A DNA stretch of 64,000 nt from Eledone cirrhosa (GCA_964016885.1 OZ024740.1:391220001-391284000), one strand, 5' to 3'. Shown: positions 1 to 14,145, counted from the stretch's first letter. Numbers and translations: made by a program. Notes: generated by a model not told the origin, from the sequence alone.

Positions 1-454
1 CACATTAGGAGATACATACATGCATACATACATATATACATACAAACATGCATACATACATACTACATACATACATACACACACATACATACATACATAC
101 ATGATAGCTGCAACTCTATTTTGAGTAATGCCATTGCTTGATACTTAAGCATGAGTATCATGGACGTGGCTTTTTAGTCCTGCTAGGGACTTGCCTATGG
201 CCAGCAATACCATGCTTCACAAAAAATGTTACATATCAAGTGATGTCTGTGCTTGAATCTTTTTTTAAGTGAGGAAAGGCTTTGTACAGGGCCAATCCCA
301 CTCTCTGACCATCGAATGCATTTACCCCAAAAGTAGAACTGGTCTACATCATTGGATGTAAACGAAATCGCAGGTTTTATATCAAAGTGACCTTCTCCTG
401 AAGAGATGTCTTAATGAAGACTAGGAGTTGCTCACTCCACATATATACATACAT

Positions 455-838
455 ATATGGCTTAGTGGTTAGAGCATTGGCCTTGCAATCGAAAGGTTGT
501 GAGTTCAATTCTCAGACCGGGTGATGTGTTGTTTCCTTGAGCAAGACATTTTATTTCACATTACTCCAGTTTACTCAGCTGTAGAAATGAGATGAAAGGA
601 CTGGGTTCCTATCATTCCACTGCAAAGTGGACGTGGAGGTGCCATGGCAAAACAGCACCCAGCACTCACTGTAAATAAGGTTGGTGTTAGGAAGGGCATC
701 CAGCTGTAGAAATCAAGCTAGAATCAGTTCCTGTATGAGCAAGACAAGGTCAGCAGACCGGACACTGCCCACAACAGGACAACCCGTCTAACCCATGCTA
801 GCGTGGAAGAACGGACGTAAAATGGTGATGATGATGAT
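455..838 (+). mobile_element. tRNA-derived SINE with CORE-like block and RTE-type tail
   Basis: Head 'ggcttagtggttagagc...gagttcaattc', block 'ccttgagcaagacatttt', 'ggttggtgttaggaagggcatccagc', (GAT)n tail; near-identical to the copies at 29340-29966. Confidence 0.75.
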
Positions 839-3169
839 ACATACATTCATATCTACCTATCTACATACACACATACATGAAGATGGCAGCATCTTCACAG
901 ATGATTGCCAATTCTTATTGATTCTTCATTGTCATCCCATCTGCGTCCATCACTTCGTAGATGACTTTGTAGACCAGCTGTAGATCTGCATGGTTTACGA
1001 CACAGGTGTCAGAAGAGAGTTGTGCTTTCCACAGGACCGGTGGGGGTCACCCTGTGGGACACACTCTTTATGAACCACCATGTGTTATTTTAGTTCGGAA
1101 CTAGTTCTACACACTTTGTTGCATATCATGTGACTTCTGGTGATTAACATAACCAGCCTTTCAGAGGAGTACACGCTGACAGAAATTGCATGTCCAACTA
1201 CTGATGTCTTCATCAAGATTGTGAGTACAGCCCTTCTGGCGCTGATGCTTCACTTGTTTATGTTCCAGATAACATTCCTCAAACGTTTTGCAACATGCAT
1301 ACATACATATACCTTGAATTATACCTTTAGATTTGTACCTGTGATCATTGGGGCTCTTGGATACATTACTAACTACCTCACTACAAATCTTGAAAACCTG
1401 GGCTTCACAACCAGAAAGAGTACAGCTAGTTTGGAAGTTGAAAGTACAATCTATTAATGGAACTATAAAAATATGTAAAACATTTAAGAAATTCTGCATG
1501 TAATAACTGAATATACACATGTATAGATACAGAAATATATGCACATGTACATATATTATAACTCAAAACATGCAATAACATCCTGCACACACACACACAC
1601 ACACACACACATGCACATAAACATATACAAACACACATACATATCTACCTAGTTGATGTCTAAATTCCAATGAAAGAGTCTTGTATCTATGTTAGAAACC
1701 AGTTTTTTCTCTATTGGTGAAAATTTACAGAAAATACACACACATACATACATGATGGTTGCAAACTCCGCCAAGATCACTGTAATCACCAGCCAGATCA
1801 CAGAAAATGGTGCACCTTTAGGCCACGGCCAGCCACATGAACCTGTAACAGATCTTGAACAAGCAATGCCTGTGCCCTGAAGGTTTTTTTAAGTGGGGAA
1901 ATGCCTTTCACTTGACCAATCCCACTTTCTGAGTATCGAAAACTCTACCTGGAAAGGAGAACTGGTCAACATCATTGGATGCCTCCGAAGCTGCAGGTTT
2001 CTTTTCAGAGTTTCCCTCTTCTAGAAAGGTGTTGTGACAACAACTGAGGGCCTCTCACTCGCAGGTGAAAAAAAAAAAGGTGCTATTTGGATGCTATTTG
2101 ACTCTGCTGGGTCCTTCTGCCCTTTGCCGTACATACATATGTACATACACTATTAGTTACACCATTGTTATCACATTGCTATAGCAATGACATAATTAAT
2201 AAATTGATATAAAATGCCAGAATACTGCCTTATTCTTCATTCTTATATATATATTGGCAGCAGCACTAAGACATAGGGGTGTATATGAAAGCATATGCTA
2301 TATGTTTACTTGCAATAAACATATGGTAGCCTCACTATAAAAGAAAAAAACATTTTTTGTAACAAAAAATTATTTTTCTCGGTCTTGTCAGTGTCAGTTG
2401 GGAAAGCTAAAGAGCACTGTTTCAAGATTTGTTAATCTTTCTTCAGTGACATTCACTCAACCAGTAATGACATAGAAATTGTCTATATAGATTTTGCATG
2501 AAGAACATTGGCTGGAGATGCTCATTTGCATATAGCAAATAGACAAATTGGCTGAAAATGCCTATTTGCATACTGTGTGAACTTGGATGCTAATAATTAA
2601 TCGGCAGAAGCATATAATATAAGTTTTTATACAATAGATCTATCTATATAATCTATCTATCTATCTCATTATATATGTATATATATATATATATATGTAT
2701 ATATATGTGTGCATGTATGTATGTATGTGTGTGTATCGTCCTACAGGGCTATACCAAAAGAATTTAAAATAGGCTGCCCATGGGAACTTCTATATATATG
2801 CAGATGTTCTAACTGATCGCTCCAGGGAAATGGCCTTGCTCAGTGCGTAGGAAAGGAGTGGGCAGAAATTCCATCCTATGTTTCAAACTATGGGTACACA
2901 AGAAATGTTATGGGATCTTAGATAGGCTAGAAAAGAATGTAGGTTTTGTACATGGTCAATGCACAAGAGCAGTAAGCAGCAAAAGCTTACAGGAAACAAG
3001 CTCGATTAAATGGTCACAGGGCTCTAAGTAGTAGTTGATAGCTTCTGTTACATAAGTGACCAAATTAGCAATGGAGGTGGGTGTTCTGAAAGTGCAGTAG
3101 CCACAATGAGAATGGGATGGAGAAAGTTCAGCTACTACCGCTGCTGGTTACAAAAGGTTTTTCCCATAA

Positions 3170-3832
3170 CCCTTTAGCGTTTACATTACACTATATTTAC
3201 TATTGTATTTTTATGGTAAAGGCTTTATCTCACACTAGCATTAAAGCCCGGCATTGCTCGGGGTCAGTAAGTTACCAAAGTTAGGTTGCACCACCCATTT
3301 TATGGCAGCACTTTTTTGTCTGCTAGGCACTGGGTGAATGAATTGCAGACCTGGACTGCCGAAGCATGAGCTGCGCCAGCAGTGACAATTGTAGTTTCAC
3401 CTATGGATATTATCTCTGTGCAAAGAAGTGTTAAAATTTATTGTTTCACAGTACTTGCGCAACACACGCGTAGACGATGCCAGCCGAACAACAGAGCTGC
3501 GATGGAGTTGTTCTGCATAGTTGTCTAATGTGTGTTTTCTAAGTTTAAGACAGTAGGGAGGGGTGTGATATGGGGGAGAGTTAGCTGCTGTTTCTAGCAG
3601 GTTTAGTGACCTCATAGAGGATATTATTGTGTATAGTAAATAAACTAATACTTCTTTCTTCCACGTTCGTTGAGAGATGTTTTAAAAAAGATTTATCGCT
3701 ATTTTTTTTGTTGTTGAATAAATTTATCTGTTGCTTTTGAATAATTGTTGTTTGGTATGAAATGTAATAAGTTCTCTTCGTTGTCATTGAAGTAAATAAA
3801 TGTTTGACCGTTCCATACTCAAAAACAAACGT

Positions 3833-3867
<35 letters not shown>

Positions 3868-4375
3868 CTTCATTTCTTTCTCTCTTCTTTCTTCCGAGTT
3901 CCTAAAGGAAGTTTGTAAGGAGGGGGTTTAAGCGTATACAAGAGAAAGTTGCAGCATGTATATAGTTTTATCGAATTTTAAGGGGAGTAGAGAGAGAAAA
4001 TCTGATTGTATTAGAGGGATAAAGCGTCATGTATTTAGTTTTATCGATTATTTCCGTAATTGTGGGTGAGTTTGAATGAAATAAATAGTCATTGACCTAA
4101 GTTAGACCATTTACAACATTCCTACAGACTTTGAGTCGAATCAGTTTGAAATTGTGCAAATGTATAAACATGGAACATGCACACACACACACACAACAAC
4201 AACAACAATCTGCCTTTTATAGATAATGATAATTATCTCATATAATATCGAATCTATGAGATTTTGATATTATTTATTTTGAGAACTATACCTTAGCATA
4301 AGTATGAGCAGCCGGTGTGTACAGAAAAAGATGAGAGAATTCTGGCTGGATATAGCCAGTTTAAATGCTAAAGGG
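3170..4375. mobile_element. piggyBac-type MITE
   Basis: TIRs CCCTTTAGCGTTTA / TAAATGCTAAAGGG; flanks ATAA (3166-3169) and TTAA (4376-4379). Confidence 0.7.
3235..4229 (-). mobile_element. Non-autonomous Helitron
   Basis: Minus strand starts A|TC and ends with GC hairpin CCCGAGCAATGCCGGG plus CTAG|T; same 3' end as the element at 23284. Confidence 0.7.
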
Positions 4376-5039
4376 TTAAAATGAAAGGCAGATTACATGA
4401 TGCATGTATATAAACAGCAAAGCTGCATGGAAGTGAGACCTGGGCACTGTGTACTGAGGAGCTATGAAGCTTGGAAAGAAATGAAGCTTGCATGATCCGT
4501 TGGATGTGTAATAGTAATATACATGAATGATGAAGCGTAAATGAACTGAAAAAGAAACTGAGCATAAGAGGGATCAAATGCAGTGTTCAGGAGAGGACAT
4601 TGTGGTGGTATGGATATGAGATGCTTATGGAGGATGACAGTTGTATAAAAAGGTGCAGGGTGCTTGAAGCTGAAGGACACTATGGAAGAGGAAGACAAAA
4701 AAGCATGGGATGATGTGATAAAAGCTGACCTTGCACAATTAAACCTCACAAAGACAATAACACAGGATCAAGATCTCTGGTGATATGTAGTAATACAGAA
4801 TAACTGCCTTCTCATGTGCACAGGATGAAGCAAACAACCCAAGGACATTAGTATGCATCAAACCTTTTCTTCTCCCATCCAGACACCTCCCACTTCACCC
4901 TTCACCAGTTAAGTATCCCACCTTAGATCTACCTCTCCAATCCCCATCTTGCAAGCATGTACCACGCCTTCCACATCTGATTAACCTCACTTGTCCAACC
5001 CATGCATACAAGCATAGAAAGCTGGACACACTCCCAAAA

Positions 5040-5447
5040 TACTGTAGAAATTAGTTAAAAGCTCTTAGTCCACCCTGAAAGGTGGTCATGCTGGAGACAT
5101 TAAAAAACCCCAATCCACCATGTAAAGTACTCATGCTGGTGATATAACAAAAGAGCACCCTGTCCACCCTGCCAGGTGGTCATGTTCGTGACACAAGAAA
5201 AAAACACCCAGTCAACCCTGTAAGGTGGTTATTGTGTTGACATGACAAAAAGCACCCAGTCTATGCTGTAAATGTGGTTGCCATTAGGATGGGCATCCAG
5301 TCATAAAAACCAAGCAAGAAAAAGTTCTATATGAGTAAGTATGAGCAAGACACATTCACTTGATCTGACTTGTCTCACAATGGGACAACTCATTTAACCT
5401 ATGGTAACATGGAAAATGGACATTAAACGATGATGATGATGATGATG
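5040..5447 (+). mobile_element. RTE-related SINE remnant with internal tandem ~65-bp units
   Basis: Repeated 'cacccagtc..ccctgtaaggtggt' units, then 'attaggatgggcatccag' and a (GAT)n tail. Confidence 0.55.
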
Positions 5448-5679
5448 TAGGTTATTCAGTAATTTTGTTTATTACTGGAGGTGGTACCAATGTGAGCAGT
5501 TGATGCTATAACAGAGTGTATGATATAGTCAATAGAATGTTTTAAAGATATAAATATGTATATAGGAAAACTACCAAACCTCCAAACATCTACAACAGAA
5601 AATAAGTTGATACTGTAACACATATTTGACAATGATTAAATTAAGTTTAATGCAGCAAATGAAGCAGCAAATTACCAGA

Positions 5680-5825
5680 GTTGTTAGAGCATTGGATGGC
5701 ATGGTTTGTGACATTTATTTTGGTATACTTTGTGCTCTGAGTTCAAATCCTGCTGAGGTCAACTTTGTCTTTTATCCATTTGGAGTTGATAAAAAAAAGT
5801 ACCAATCCAGCACTGGGGTCGATCC
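5680..5825 (+). mobile_element. tRNA-derived SINE family A (diverged copy)
   Basis: 'gagttcaaatcc.gctgaggtcaactttg..tt.atcc' core shared with the other family A copies. Confidence 0.65.
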
Positions 5826-6239
5826 TGCTATATCTCTCTCACACTTTCTTTATACTACTCTCTCTTTCACTAGAAGAAATTGGCTTTTGTTCAGACCTGG
5901 AGAGAAAATTGGTTTCCGCCAGGTTTAAAATTCCCAAGGAATGCTATACAGCACCCTCTATAACTCCATCAGGCGTTAGGGGTACATACATACATTTAGT
6001 GTATTAGTTAATGATACATAATGAGAGAGAATTATTAAGTAAATGTACATCATCATCATCATTATTATTATGACCCACCATTACCACACCACTGTGCCCT
6101 GCCCCCACCAATATCACCCCCACTGCTCCCCGTTAACACAGCGAACATTATAAAACATAGAGGATGAAAGGTTATAAAACTACACATGAGCATGAATAAA
6201 AAAAATAGATTAGATGTAGGCAATGAATATAATGCTGAA

Positions 6240-6343
6240 AACAATAACAACAGCAGAAATAGCAACCACCACCACCACCAGCACCACCACCACCACCACC
6301 ACCACAACAACAACAACAACAACAGCAGCAGCAGCAGCAGCAG

Positions 6344-6420
<77 letters not shown>
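6240..6420. repeat. Compound (CAC)n/(CAG)n/(CAA)n microsatellite
   Basis: Directly visible. Confidence 0.95.
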
Positions 6421-6584
6421 TTAAATGTTGCAATGTCCAAAAATAAAACAAAACAATACATTAAGTGTAAAAAATTCAATGGTAGGCATGGCATACATTT
6501 TATAGGAGTTACATAGAATAGAGAGAACTCTTCAGTCAGAACAAGAACACAACAACTTCACTAATAGCAGTGTCACCTTAAATG

Positions 6585-7270
6585 CATTCAATACACATTG
6601 TAAAGTGGCTGGCATTAGGAAGACCATCTAGTTGTAGAAACCATAACAAAAGTGGTTGAGAGAAACCTCTTTCATCAAGACAAGGACACGGCAGCCTCTC
6701 TAGTGCAGGTATCACAATAAAATACACTCAACACACTTTGTAAAGTGGTTGGCATTAGGAAGAGCGTCTAGCCATAGAAACCATACCAAAAAGTGTTGAG
6801 AGAGGACACTTCCATCAAGTTAAGAGCATAACAACCTTTCTAGTGCTGGTGTCACAATATAATACACCCAGTACACTCTGTAAAGTGGTAGTCATCAGGA
6901 AGACTATCCAGCCATAAACATCATGCAAAAAAAAAAAAGGTTCAGAGGTCTCTTCTATCCACAATAAAATGCACCCAGTACAAACTGTAAAATAAAAGTT
7001 CTGGTGCCACTATAAATACACCCAGTACACCCTGTAAAGTGATCACCACCAGGAAGGACATCAAACCATGGAAATGACAACTTTTCTAGTGCTGGCACCA
7101 CAATAAAATGCACCCAAATGGTTGGCATTAGGAAGGGAATCGAGCTGTAGAAGTCATCTGAAAACTGGAATACTGTCAGTGAGACATAGTTCCACAGCCT
7201 TTCCAGGATTACTGACTTGCTCTTTAACGACTTGTCCAACCCATACCAATATGGAAAAGTGAACATAAAC

Positions 7271-7275
<5 letters not shown>
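6585..7275 (+). mobile_element. RTE-related SINE with tandemly repeated ~135-bp internal unit
   Basis: Four to five copies of 'gtaaagtggttggcattaggaag..catc.agc..tagaaacc', then an RTE-type 3' end. Confidence 0.6.
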
Positions 7276-7306
<31 letters not shown>

Positions 7307-7332
7307 TGATGATGATATTGATGATGATGAAA

Positions 7333-7372
<40 letters not shown>

Positions 7373-7420
7373 GGATGATGATGATGATCATCATCATCAT
7401 AATGTTGCTGATGATGATGA
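7271..7420. repeat. (GAT)n microsatellite, expanded retroelement tail
   Basis: Directly visible. Confidence 0.9.
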
Positions 7421-8130
7421 TACAACACCCAATCAAATAACTTAGATGGAAATATTTTCCAGGCTTTTTGTAAAACGTTTCCAATATTTTAATCACTATT
7501 TATTAGTCGGTACATTTAGAAAACAATATGGAGTAGGCACATGAAAGGAGAAGGCGTGTGGCTTTGTGGTTAGGGAGTTATACTCACTATCATGAAGTTC
7601 TGGGTTGGATTCCCTGTTGTGTTATTGAGTCTACATGCCTTTTTCCTTTTCTTCTTCTTTTTGAATCTTTTCTGTTTTATTGATTTATTGCTTTTGTAAA
7701 TCATTTGTCAGCTTTACACTATTCAGTATATAAATAAATTGCATTTATGGTTTAAATTATATTTCATATGTTGTTAATTAAAGAACAACAGCCATTGTTA
7801 ACTAACTTTCCTTCCATAAAATTGAATTTTCAAGCAAAATACTCTGTTCTAAGGGAATTAACTCTTCAAACGTCTTGATTATTCCTCTTGCATAACATTT
7901 CGAAAATAAACTATCAGAGATTTGAGTAGATTGAAATTCTTAGAAAATGTAGAAATCTCAAACTCACAAAATAACTGTAACCACAGTCGATTGCTATAAA
8001 TATTAGCTTAGAAAATCGGGTAAAATACCTATACAAACGAAAAAAGTAGCTTGCAGCCGCTATGTAGAATCAAAGTTAATATTGGAAAATAGTTAATTTA
8101 AAATGAGCACGGTTGTCTCACGGATGTATA

Positions 8131-8230
8131 TAGGGTATCTCCCCAAAATATATACACACTTTAACAGCATTCTAATAAATATTGCCTGTACAGGTAAACA
8201 AAGTGTATATATATATTTTGGGACACCCTG
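8131..8230. mobile_element. Tc1/mariner-type mini MITE
   Basis: Imperfect ~30-bp TIRs (tagggtatctccccaaaatata / tatattttggggacaccctg) flanked by TA. Confidence 0.6.
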
Positions 8231-8914
8231 TATATTGTGTTACCTACACAGCAAAAAAAAAACTGTTTAATAGTATAATATTTTCAAAATAGAATTTATA
8301 CAATGAATAAGGCTATACAGATATATACAATACTAAAAGAAAAAGAGAAGACAACAGGGAGGGTAATGAAGAAGAATTAGTTGTACTTGATCTGAGAATG
8401 AGTGTTGAAACTACAACACTTAACGTGTGGAAGAGTCATTTTAGCCTTTTAGAAACTCACACACAAATGTTAACTTGATTTTATATTTATCATTTATTTC
8501 TTGGTGTCAAAATGTTTGATGCACTGTCTGTGACCTGGTCACTGACGCAGTTTCACAACAAATAAGTATCTCATCATATGTCAAGGACATAACAATCACT
8601 CTAGTGTTGGTGATTTACATGATAAATGCATCCAGTATACACTGTAAAATGGTTGGTGATAGGCATAGAACTGTAATAAACTTGCCAAACAAAGAGTTGG
8701 GAGGACTATTCAGTTGTATCAAAGACATGACGACCTCTCTACTGCCTGTGTCACAATAAAATATACTCTGCAGAATGTAGGAACGTATGTCAGCAGGATT
8801 CAGACCCCAGCCTGTCTGGGAGATAAGAAGCCTTTCTTGAGTACTGACTCAATCTGTGAAGACCCATCCAACCCTTGCTAGCAGTTTTAGGGGAGGAAAA
8901 AGATGAATATATAG

Positions 8915-9050
8915 ACCCCAGCACTTTACTGGTACTTTATTTTATTGACCTCAGCCAGTCGAAAGTCAAAGATGATATCAGTGGGATTTCAACTCCTGAC
9001 TTAAAGAGCCAGAACAAATACCACAAAGTATTTTGACGTTCGGCCAATTC
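8915..9050 (-). mobile_element. SINE family A (diverged)
   Basis: Reverse complement of the core: 'actggtactttattttattgacc'. Confidence 0.55.
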
Positions 9051-9871
9051 TACAGTCTCAAGTATACACATACAGACAAGCTTTAAGGTGAAAGCTGAAG
9101 TTGTTTGCTTAAACTTTCAATTCATGCTAATAAATATATGCTCTGTGGGTTTATATATACACAACCGTTATCGAATCCTCCCTACATTTTGGTCTTTGTA
9201 TTTATTATTATTACTATATATATATATATATATATATACTACCAAAGTAGCCAATCTTTTTTTCTCACTCCAAATATCCATCCGTCCATCCACCCATCCA
9301 TCCACCCATCTATCTATCTATCCACCCACCCATCCATCCACGAATCTTCCTATCTCCCTTTCTATCTAACTGTCAATCTATCTATCTATGTCCCTATACA
9401 TCTAACTACCAACTAACTATTTATCTATCTCACAATTTTTTCTCTCTCTCTGTTTATCTGCCTCTCTATCTTACTGTTTATCTCTTAACCTATCTATGTA
9501 TTTATCTAATTATCAATCTCACTGTTTATAAAACTGGTTCATTTCACCTACTCTCGGGTCTCGAATAATTATCTACCCCACTTATTAATTTTTTAAAGAT
9601 TCCCCCCACCCGCTCTTATTTTTACCCCCGTTCTTATCCCCACGCTTAATGAATTTAACTTTTCTATCTCTGGCGTAATTAATTTTCTTTAGACATTAAA
9701 ATCATTATACAAGACAAAAAAAAAATCCTATACGTTGTAAAATAAATAGGATGGATTGGGGTCTCAATAAGTAAACTAAGCGACTATTTCTGCATTTTTT
9801 TTAAAGTCAAGGGAGACAACATAGAAAATTATCGATTTTTCACTACCCCGCTTATTTCCTACCCCTGTTGA

Positions 9872-10053
9872 TTGGCAGTATCAGTAGAGGGTCGGACACC
9901 ATGCTTTAACGCAAAGAGTTACATCCCTTTACGATCTGAGTTCAAATCCCGCCGAGGTTGACTTTGCCTTTCATCCTTACGGGGTTGATAAAATAAAGTA
10001 CCAGTAATGCACTGGGTTATTGCTGGCCTTGTGCCTAAAATAGAAACAATTAT
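9872..10053 (+). mobile_element. tRNA-derived SINE family A
   Basis: A-box-like TGGCAGTATCAGTAG, B-box GAGTTCAAATCC, core 'ctttgcctttcatccttacggggttgataaaataaagtaccag'. Confidence 0.85.
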
Positions 10054-10611
10054 TTGCAATCCAAGAGTACTTGATATTGATTAGAATATTCAACCGGTGA
10101 GTCCTCTCCTCTAGAAACAACCTTTTTACGAGTTATTTCCCCTGATGTGCTTTCTACATGTTTATTTCTCTCTTATTCTCCCTCCCTATATATCTAAGTA
10201 CCTATCTTTCTTTTTATCTATCTAACTTTTTACCTCTCCGCTGTCTGTTTCTGTCACTCCGCTTCTCTCTCAATATATCTATGTATTTATCTATTTATCT
10301 ATATGTAATCTCCTTATAATATATAATCAGCAATTTCTCTGTCAGTCTGTCCGACAGTGGAAACACGTGCGCGCGTGGTTGCTATCTCTCTCTCTCTCCA
10401 GCTATCCCTCTCTTTTAGTCCGTCTGTTTCTCTCACTCTCACTCTTTCTCTTTGTAACACACTAACATTCCTCCCCTCTATCGCTGTGACGAATGGGGAG
10501 ATGAAGGAGGAGGAGGAGGAGGAGGAGGAGGAGGAGAGAGTCACTTCGTCACTTCACCTCTGCCTTTCTTTCTCTCTCCTCTCACTCCCTCATTACGTAC
10601 AGACATTAGGG

Positions 10612-10793
10612 CGGTGGATTGGCAGAATCTGTCGGACACCATGCTTCATAGCATGGAGTTACGTCCCTTTACGGTCTGAGTTCAAATACCGCCGAGGTTA
10701 ACTTTGCCTTTCATCCTCACGGGGTCGATAAAATAAAGTACCAGTAATGTACTGGATAATTGCTGGCCTTGTGCCAAAAGTAGAAACAATTAT
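10612..10793 (+). mobile_element. SINE family A
   Basis: Same head, core and tail as the copy at 9872. Confidence 0.85.
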
Positions 10794-10912
10794 TAGAAAC
10801 ATTGCTTCATTTTTACATATCTAAGCATTAGTAAAATAACTAATAATTTCAAAAGTAATTTTTCAATTCCAATTGTTATGAACAGCGAAACATTAATAAT
10901 AATTTTGTTCTA

Positions 10913-11297
10913 AGAAATATATATACATTTCTGTGTGTGCAATATATATATATATATACACACACAGAAATATATATACATTTCTGTGTGTGTAATATAT
11001 ATATATATACACACAGAAATATATATACATTTCTGTGTGTGTAATATATATATATATATATACACACACACAGAAATATATATATATACACACAGAAATA
11101 TATATACATTTCTGTGTGTGTAATATATATATATATACACACAGAAATATATATACATTTCTGTGTGTGTAATATATATATATATATATACACACACACA
11201 GAAATATATATATATACACACAGAAATATATATACATTTCTGTGTGTGTAATATATATATATATACACACAGAAATATTTATACATTTCTGTGTGTG

Positions 11298-11344
<47 letters not shown>

Positions 11345-11370
11345 GAAATATATATACATTTCTGTGTGTG

Positions 11371-11425
<55 letters not shown>

Positions 11426-11432
11426 GAAATAT
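10913..11432. repeat. Palindromic minisatellite (about 9 units of cacacagaaatatatatacatttctgtgtg separated by (TA)n)
   Basis: Directly visible; each unit is a self-complementary 11-bp stem. Confidence 0.9.
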
Positions 11433-11439
11433 ATGGGCA

Positions 11440-11443
11440 TTTC

Positions 11444-11481
<38 letters not shown>

Positions 11482-12140
11482 CTTCCCTAAAACTCAAATG
11501 TAGGTGCTACAGAAATATTACCTTCCCCTTCCTTTCTCCACTTTGGTACTACCAAGAGAAACACTGTCGCTATAGAAACATTACCTTCCCCTCTCCACTG
11601 ACTTTGGGAATCGCTGGTTGCTATAGAGACACCTTGCACAAGCCAGAAGTAACCAGTTCGAGGCGGTTCTGACTTGACACCATGCCAATGACCATTTGAA
11701 GATATATTTCCATCGTTATATCATAACGTTTATGTATCATAACGTTTATATTTCCGTCACTAATCTCTTATTCTCCTTTTTCGTTTTAACATATATTTAT
11801 TTCAAAGATTTCACCGTATAGATAACATATATATTTATACATGCATAAAAGACACACCGAGAGACGGTGAACATGTGGTGCCGAAAACATTTCTCATCCA
11901 AATCTCAACAATATCAGTATATACACTAGATTTGCTAGCAGAAAACCACCCACCGCGTGGTTTTCTGCTAGTCTATATATCTAAAACAGAGAATGTCTGT
12001 CTGTCCCCCTAAATCTCAAGAACCACCCAACCGATCTTTTTCAAACTTTACACACGCAATACTTATGGTCTTTTAAGATAGATACATAGCTATAACGTCG
12101 TGCCCTTATAATATCTGTCTGTATGTCGAGCTGTCTGTCT
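11440..12140 (+). mobile_element. Non-autonomous Helitron-like units in tandem
   Basis: (GTCT)n near each 5' end; 3' hairpin plus CTAG at 11968-11971 directly followed by 'TCtatatatctaaaac..tgtctgtctgtc'. Confidence 0.5.
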
Positions 12141-12314
12141 GCATTACGACATTATGAAAACATTGACTTCGCTATCTGTGTGTGTGTATACATACACACA
12201 CACACATATATATACACACACACACACACACACATATTGTGTGTGTGTATATATATATATAGTGTGTAACGTTTTTCGAAATATTTACTTCTGCGTTCAC
12301 AGATTGATTTTTTT

Positions 12315-12365
12315 AGTTTCAGAAGATCCCGTTAAGAGTGAAAGCAGCGATTATTTGCTTAAACT
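12315..12365 (+). ncRNA. Hammerhead-like motif, variant core CAGAAGA
   Basis: AGTTT-CAGAAGA-TCCC gttaa GAGT-GAAA-GCA..TGC-TT-AAACT; stem I 5 bp, stem III 4 bp; the sister copy at ~12620 has CCC/GGG in stem II. Confidence 0.55.
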
Positions 12366-12374
12366 TTAATGTTA

Positions 12375-12806
<432 letters not shown>

Positions 12807-12818
12807 TTGACTGTGGAT

Positions 12819-13121
12819 TTTTCCATTTTTAGGATCTCAATTACCGGTTAACGTCTCAATTACCGGACATGCCTGCACACCTGCTCACGGCTGCAGACAG
12901 CATAACTATAGTCTGACCGTAGCTGTGAGTAGGTGTGCAGGCATCTCCGGTAATTGAGACGTTAACCGGTAATTGAGATCCTAAAAAATGGAAAACCTGG
13001 CGCCCCCTGACCCCCTCCCCCAGCTCCAAACGTCCCCCTAACGCGACCTTCTCCCAAACCCCCCCCTGGAGTTCTGACCCCCCCCCTCCGGGGGTGCATA
13101 TGCCCCCCGTTGAGAACCTTT
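12819..13121. mobile_element. hAT-like transposon end preceded by an ~80-bp-arm fold-back
   Basis: Terminus 'gttgagaacctttg' followed by 'gtttagaa'; inverted arms 12819-12897 and 12912-12995. Confidence 0.5.
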
Positions 13122-13459
13122 GGTTTAGAATATATGAGCCCTCATTAAAAATTGTCCACACACACATACAGAAAACCTCATCTTTATATATATACAGATA
13201 ACGAAGGAGTTGTGGTAAGGAACCAGATGGACCATAACACACCAGAGTACTCAATACTTAGGGTAGTAGAGTGGGTAATAGGAAAAAGTATGACCCCGAC
13301 GGCAGAGCTCAAACCGTTTCGACGGCTATTCCGTCGAAATGGCTTGAGCTCTGCCGTCGGGGTCATACTATTTCCTATATATATATATATATATATATAT
13401 AAAGAAAGAAGAAATATTAGATATAAATTAAAAGATATAATATACCTAAATTCCTTCAT

Positions 13460-13555
13460 TATCCTCGACTACGTAGTTTCGTGGCTATTATGCAAAAACA
13501 TAACATCATAGAGATGCAGTATTTTTGTGAGGTTTGCCGACTTATCAAGAGGATA
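13460..13555 (-). ncRNA. Type I hammerhead ribozyme, U3-A8 variant with long stem II insert
   Basis: TATCCTC-TTGATAA-GTCGGC..~55 nt..GCCAC-GAAA-CTACGTAG-TC-GAGGATA; 7-bp stem I, palindromic stem III, GUC triplet. Confidence 0.75.
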
Positions 13556-14049
13556 CCTCATTTAGAGTTTTAAAACACGTCCGTAGGAAGCGAGATAGAA
13601 TCCCGAAAAGCGGAGGGGGAACTTATCACGTGATACAGCGGTCAAGAAAGAGAGCTAAGCCTCTTACAACCAAGAGAAAAATACCACAAAAGGCGGAGGG
13701 GGTATTTATGTCAAGGCCGTAGAAGTGTTGGCTAGGAGGACGAGAAGTGTGATTAGTGTAAGCTTAACAGCAGTCTCTATACTTCAGTGGTTACTCTACA
13801 GTAGGGAGTTATAAACAATACAAAGAAATACACAGATACATGCGAATACATACATATACATGCATTTACCCACATATATCCCTGAATTTGTGTGGTGCCA
13901 ACCTTAACCGTTGTTGCTCTATGAATAATAGGGACAAAATAATCTGAATGGATTAGATTGATTCAATATCAGAGCTATATAATAAATTATAAAGAAATAA
14001 GAAACATTAGATATAAATAAAAAGATATAATATACCTAAATTCCTTCAT

Positions 14050-14145
14050 TATCCTCGACTACGTAGTTTCGTGGCTATTATGCAAAAACATTACATCATA
14101 GAGATGCAGTATTTTTGTGAGGTTTGCCGACTTATCAAGAGGATA
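14050..14145 (-). ncRNA. Type I hammerhead ribozyme, second copy of the U3-A8 variant
   Basis: Same stems and core as 13460-13555, 590 bp away. Confidence 0.75.

Larger units (their letters stand above)
2735..4830 (+). mobile_element. Degenerate RTE-clade LINE 3' fragment, interrupted by a MITE and a Helitron
   Basis: Broken peptides GVGRNSI..WVHKKCYGI, VVDSFCYISDQISNGGG, LLVTKG..KGRLHDAC..LHGSETWA and GRGRQKKAWDDVIK resemble RTE ORF2 C-termini; the text resumes after 4379. Confidence 0.75.

Noticed and set aside
6068-7496. Poly-Leu/His/Asn/Ile ORFs, and all (IY)n, (HT)n and (CV)n ORFs in the track
   Set aside because: Translations of microsatellites with no coding signal
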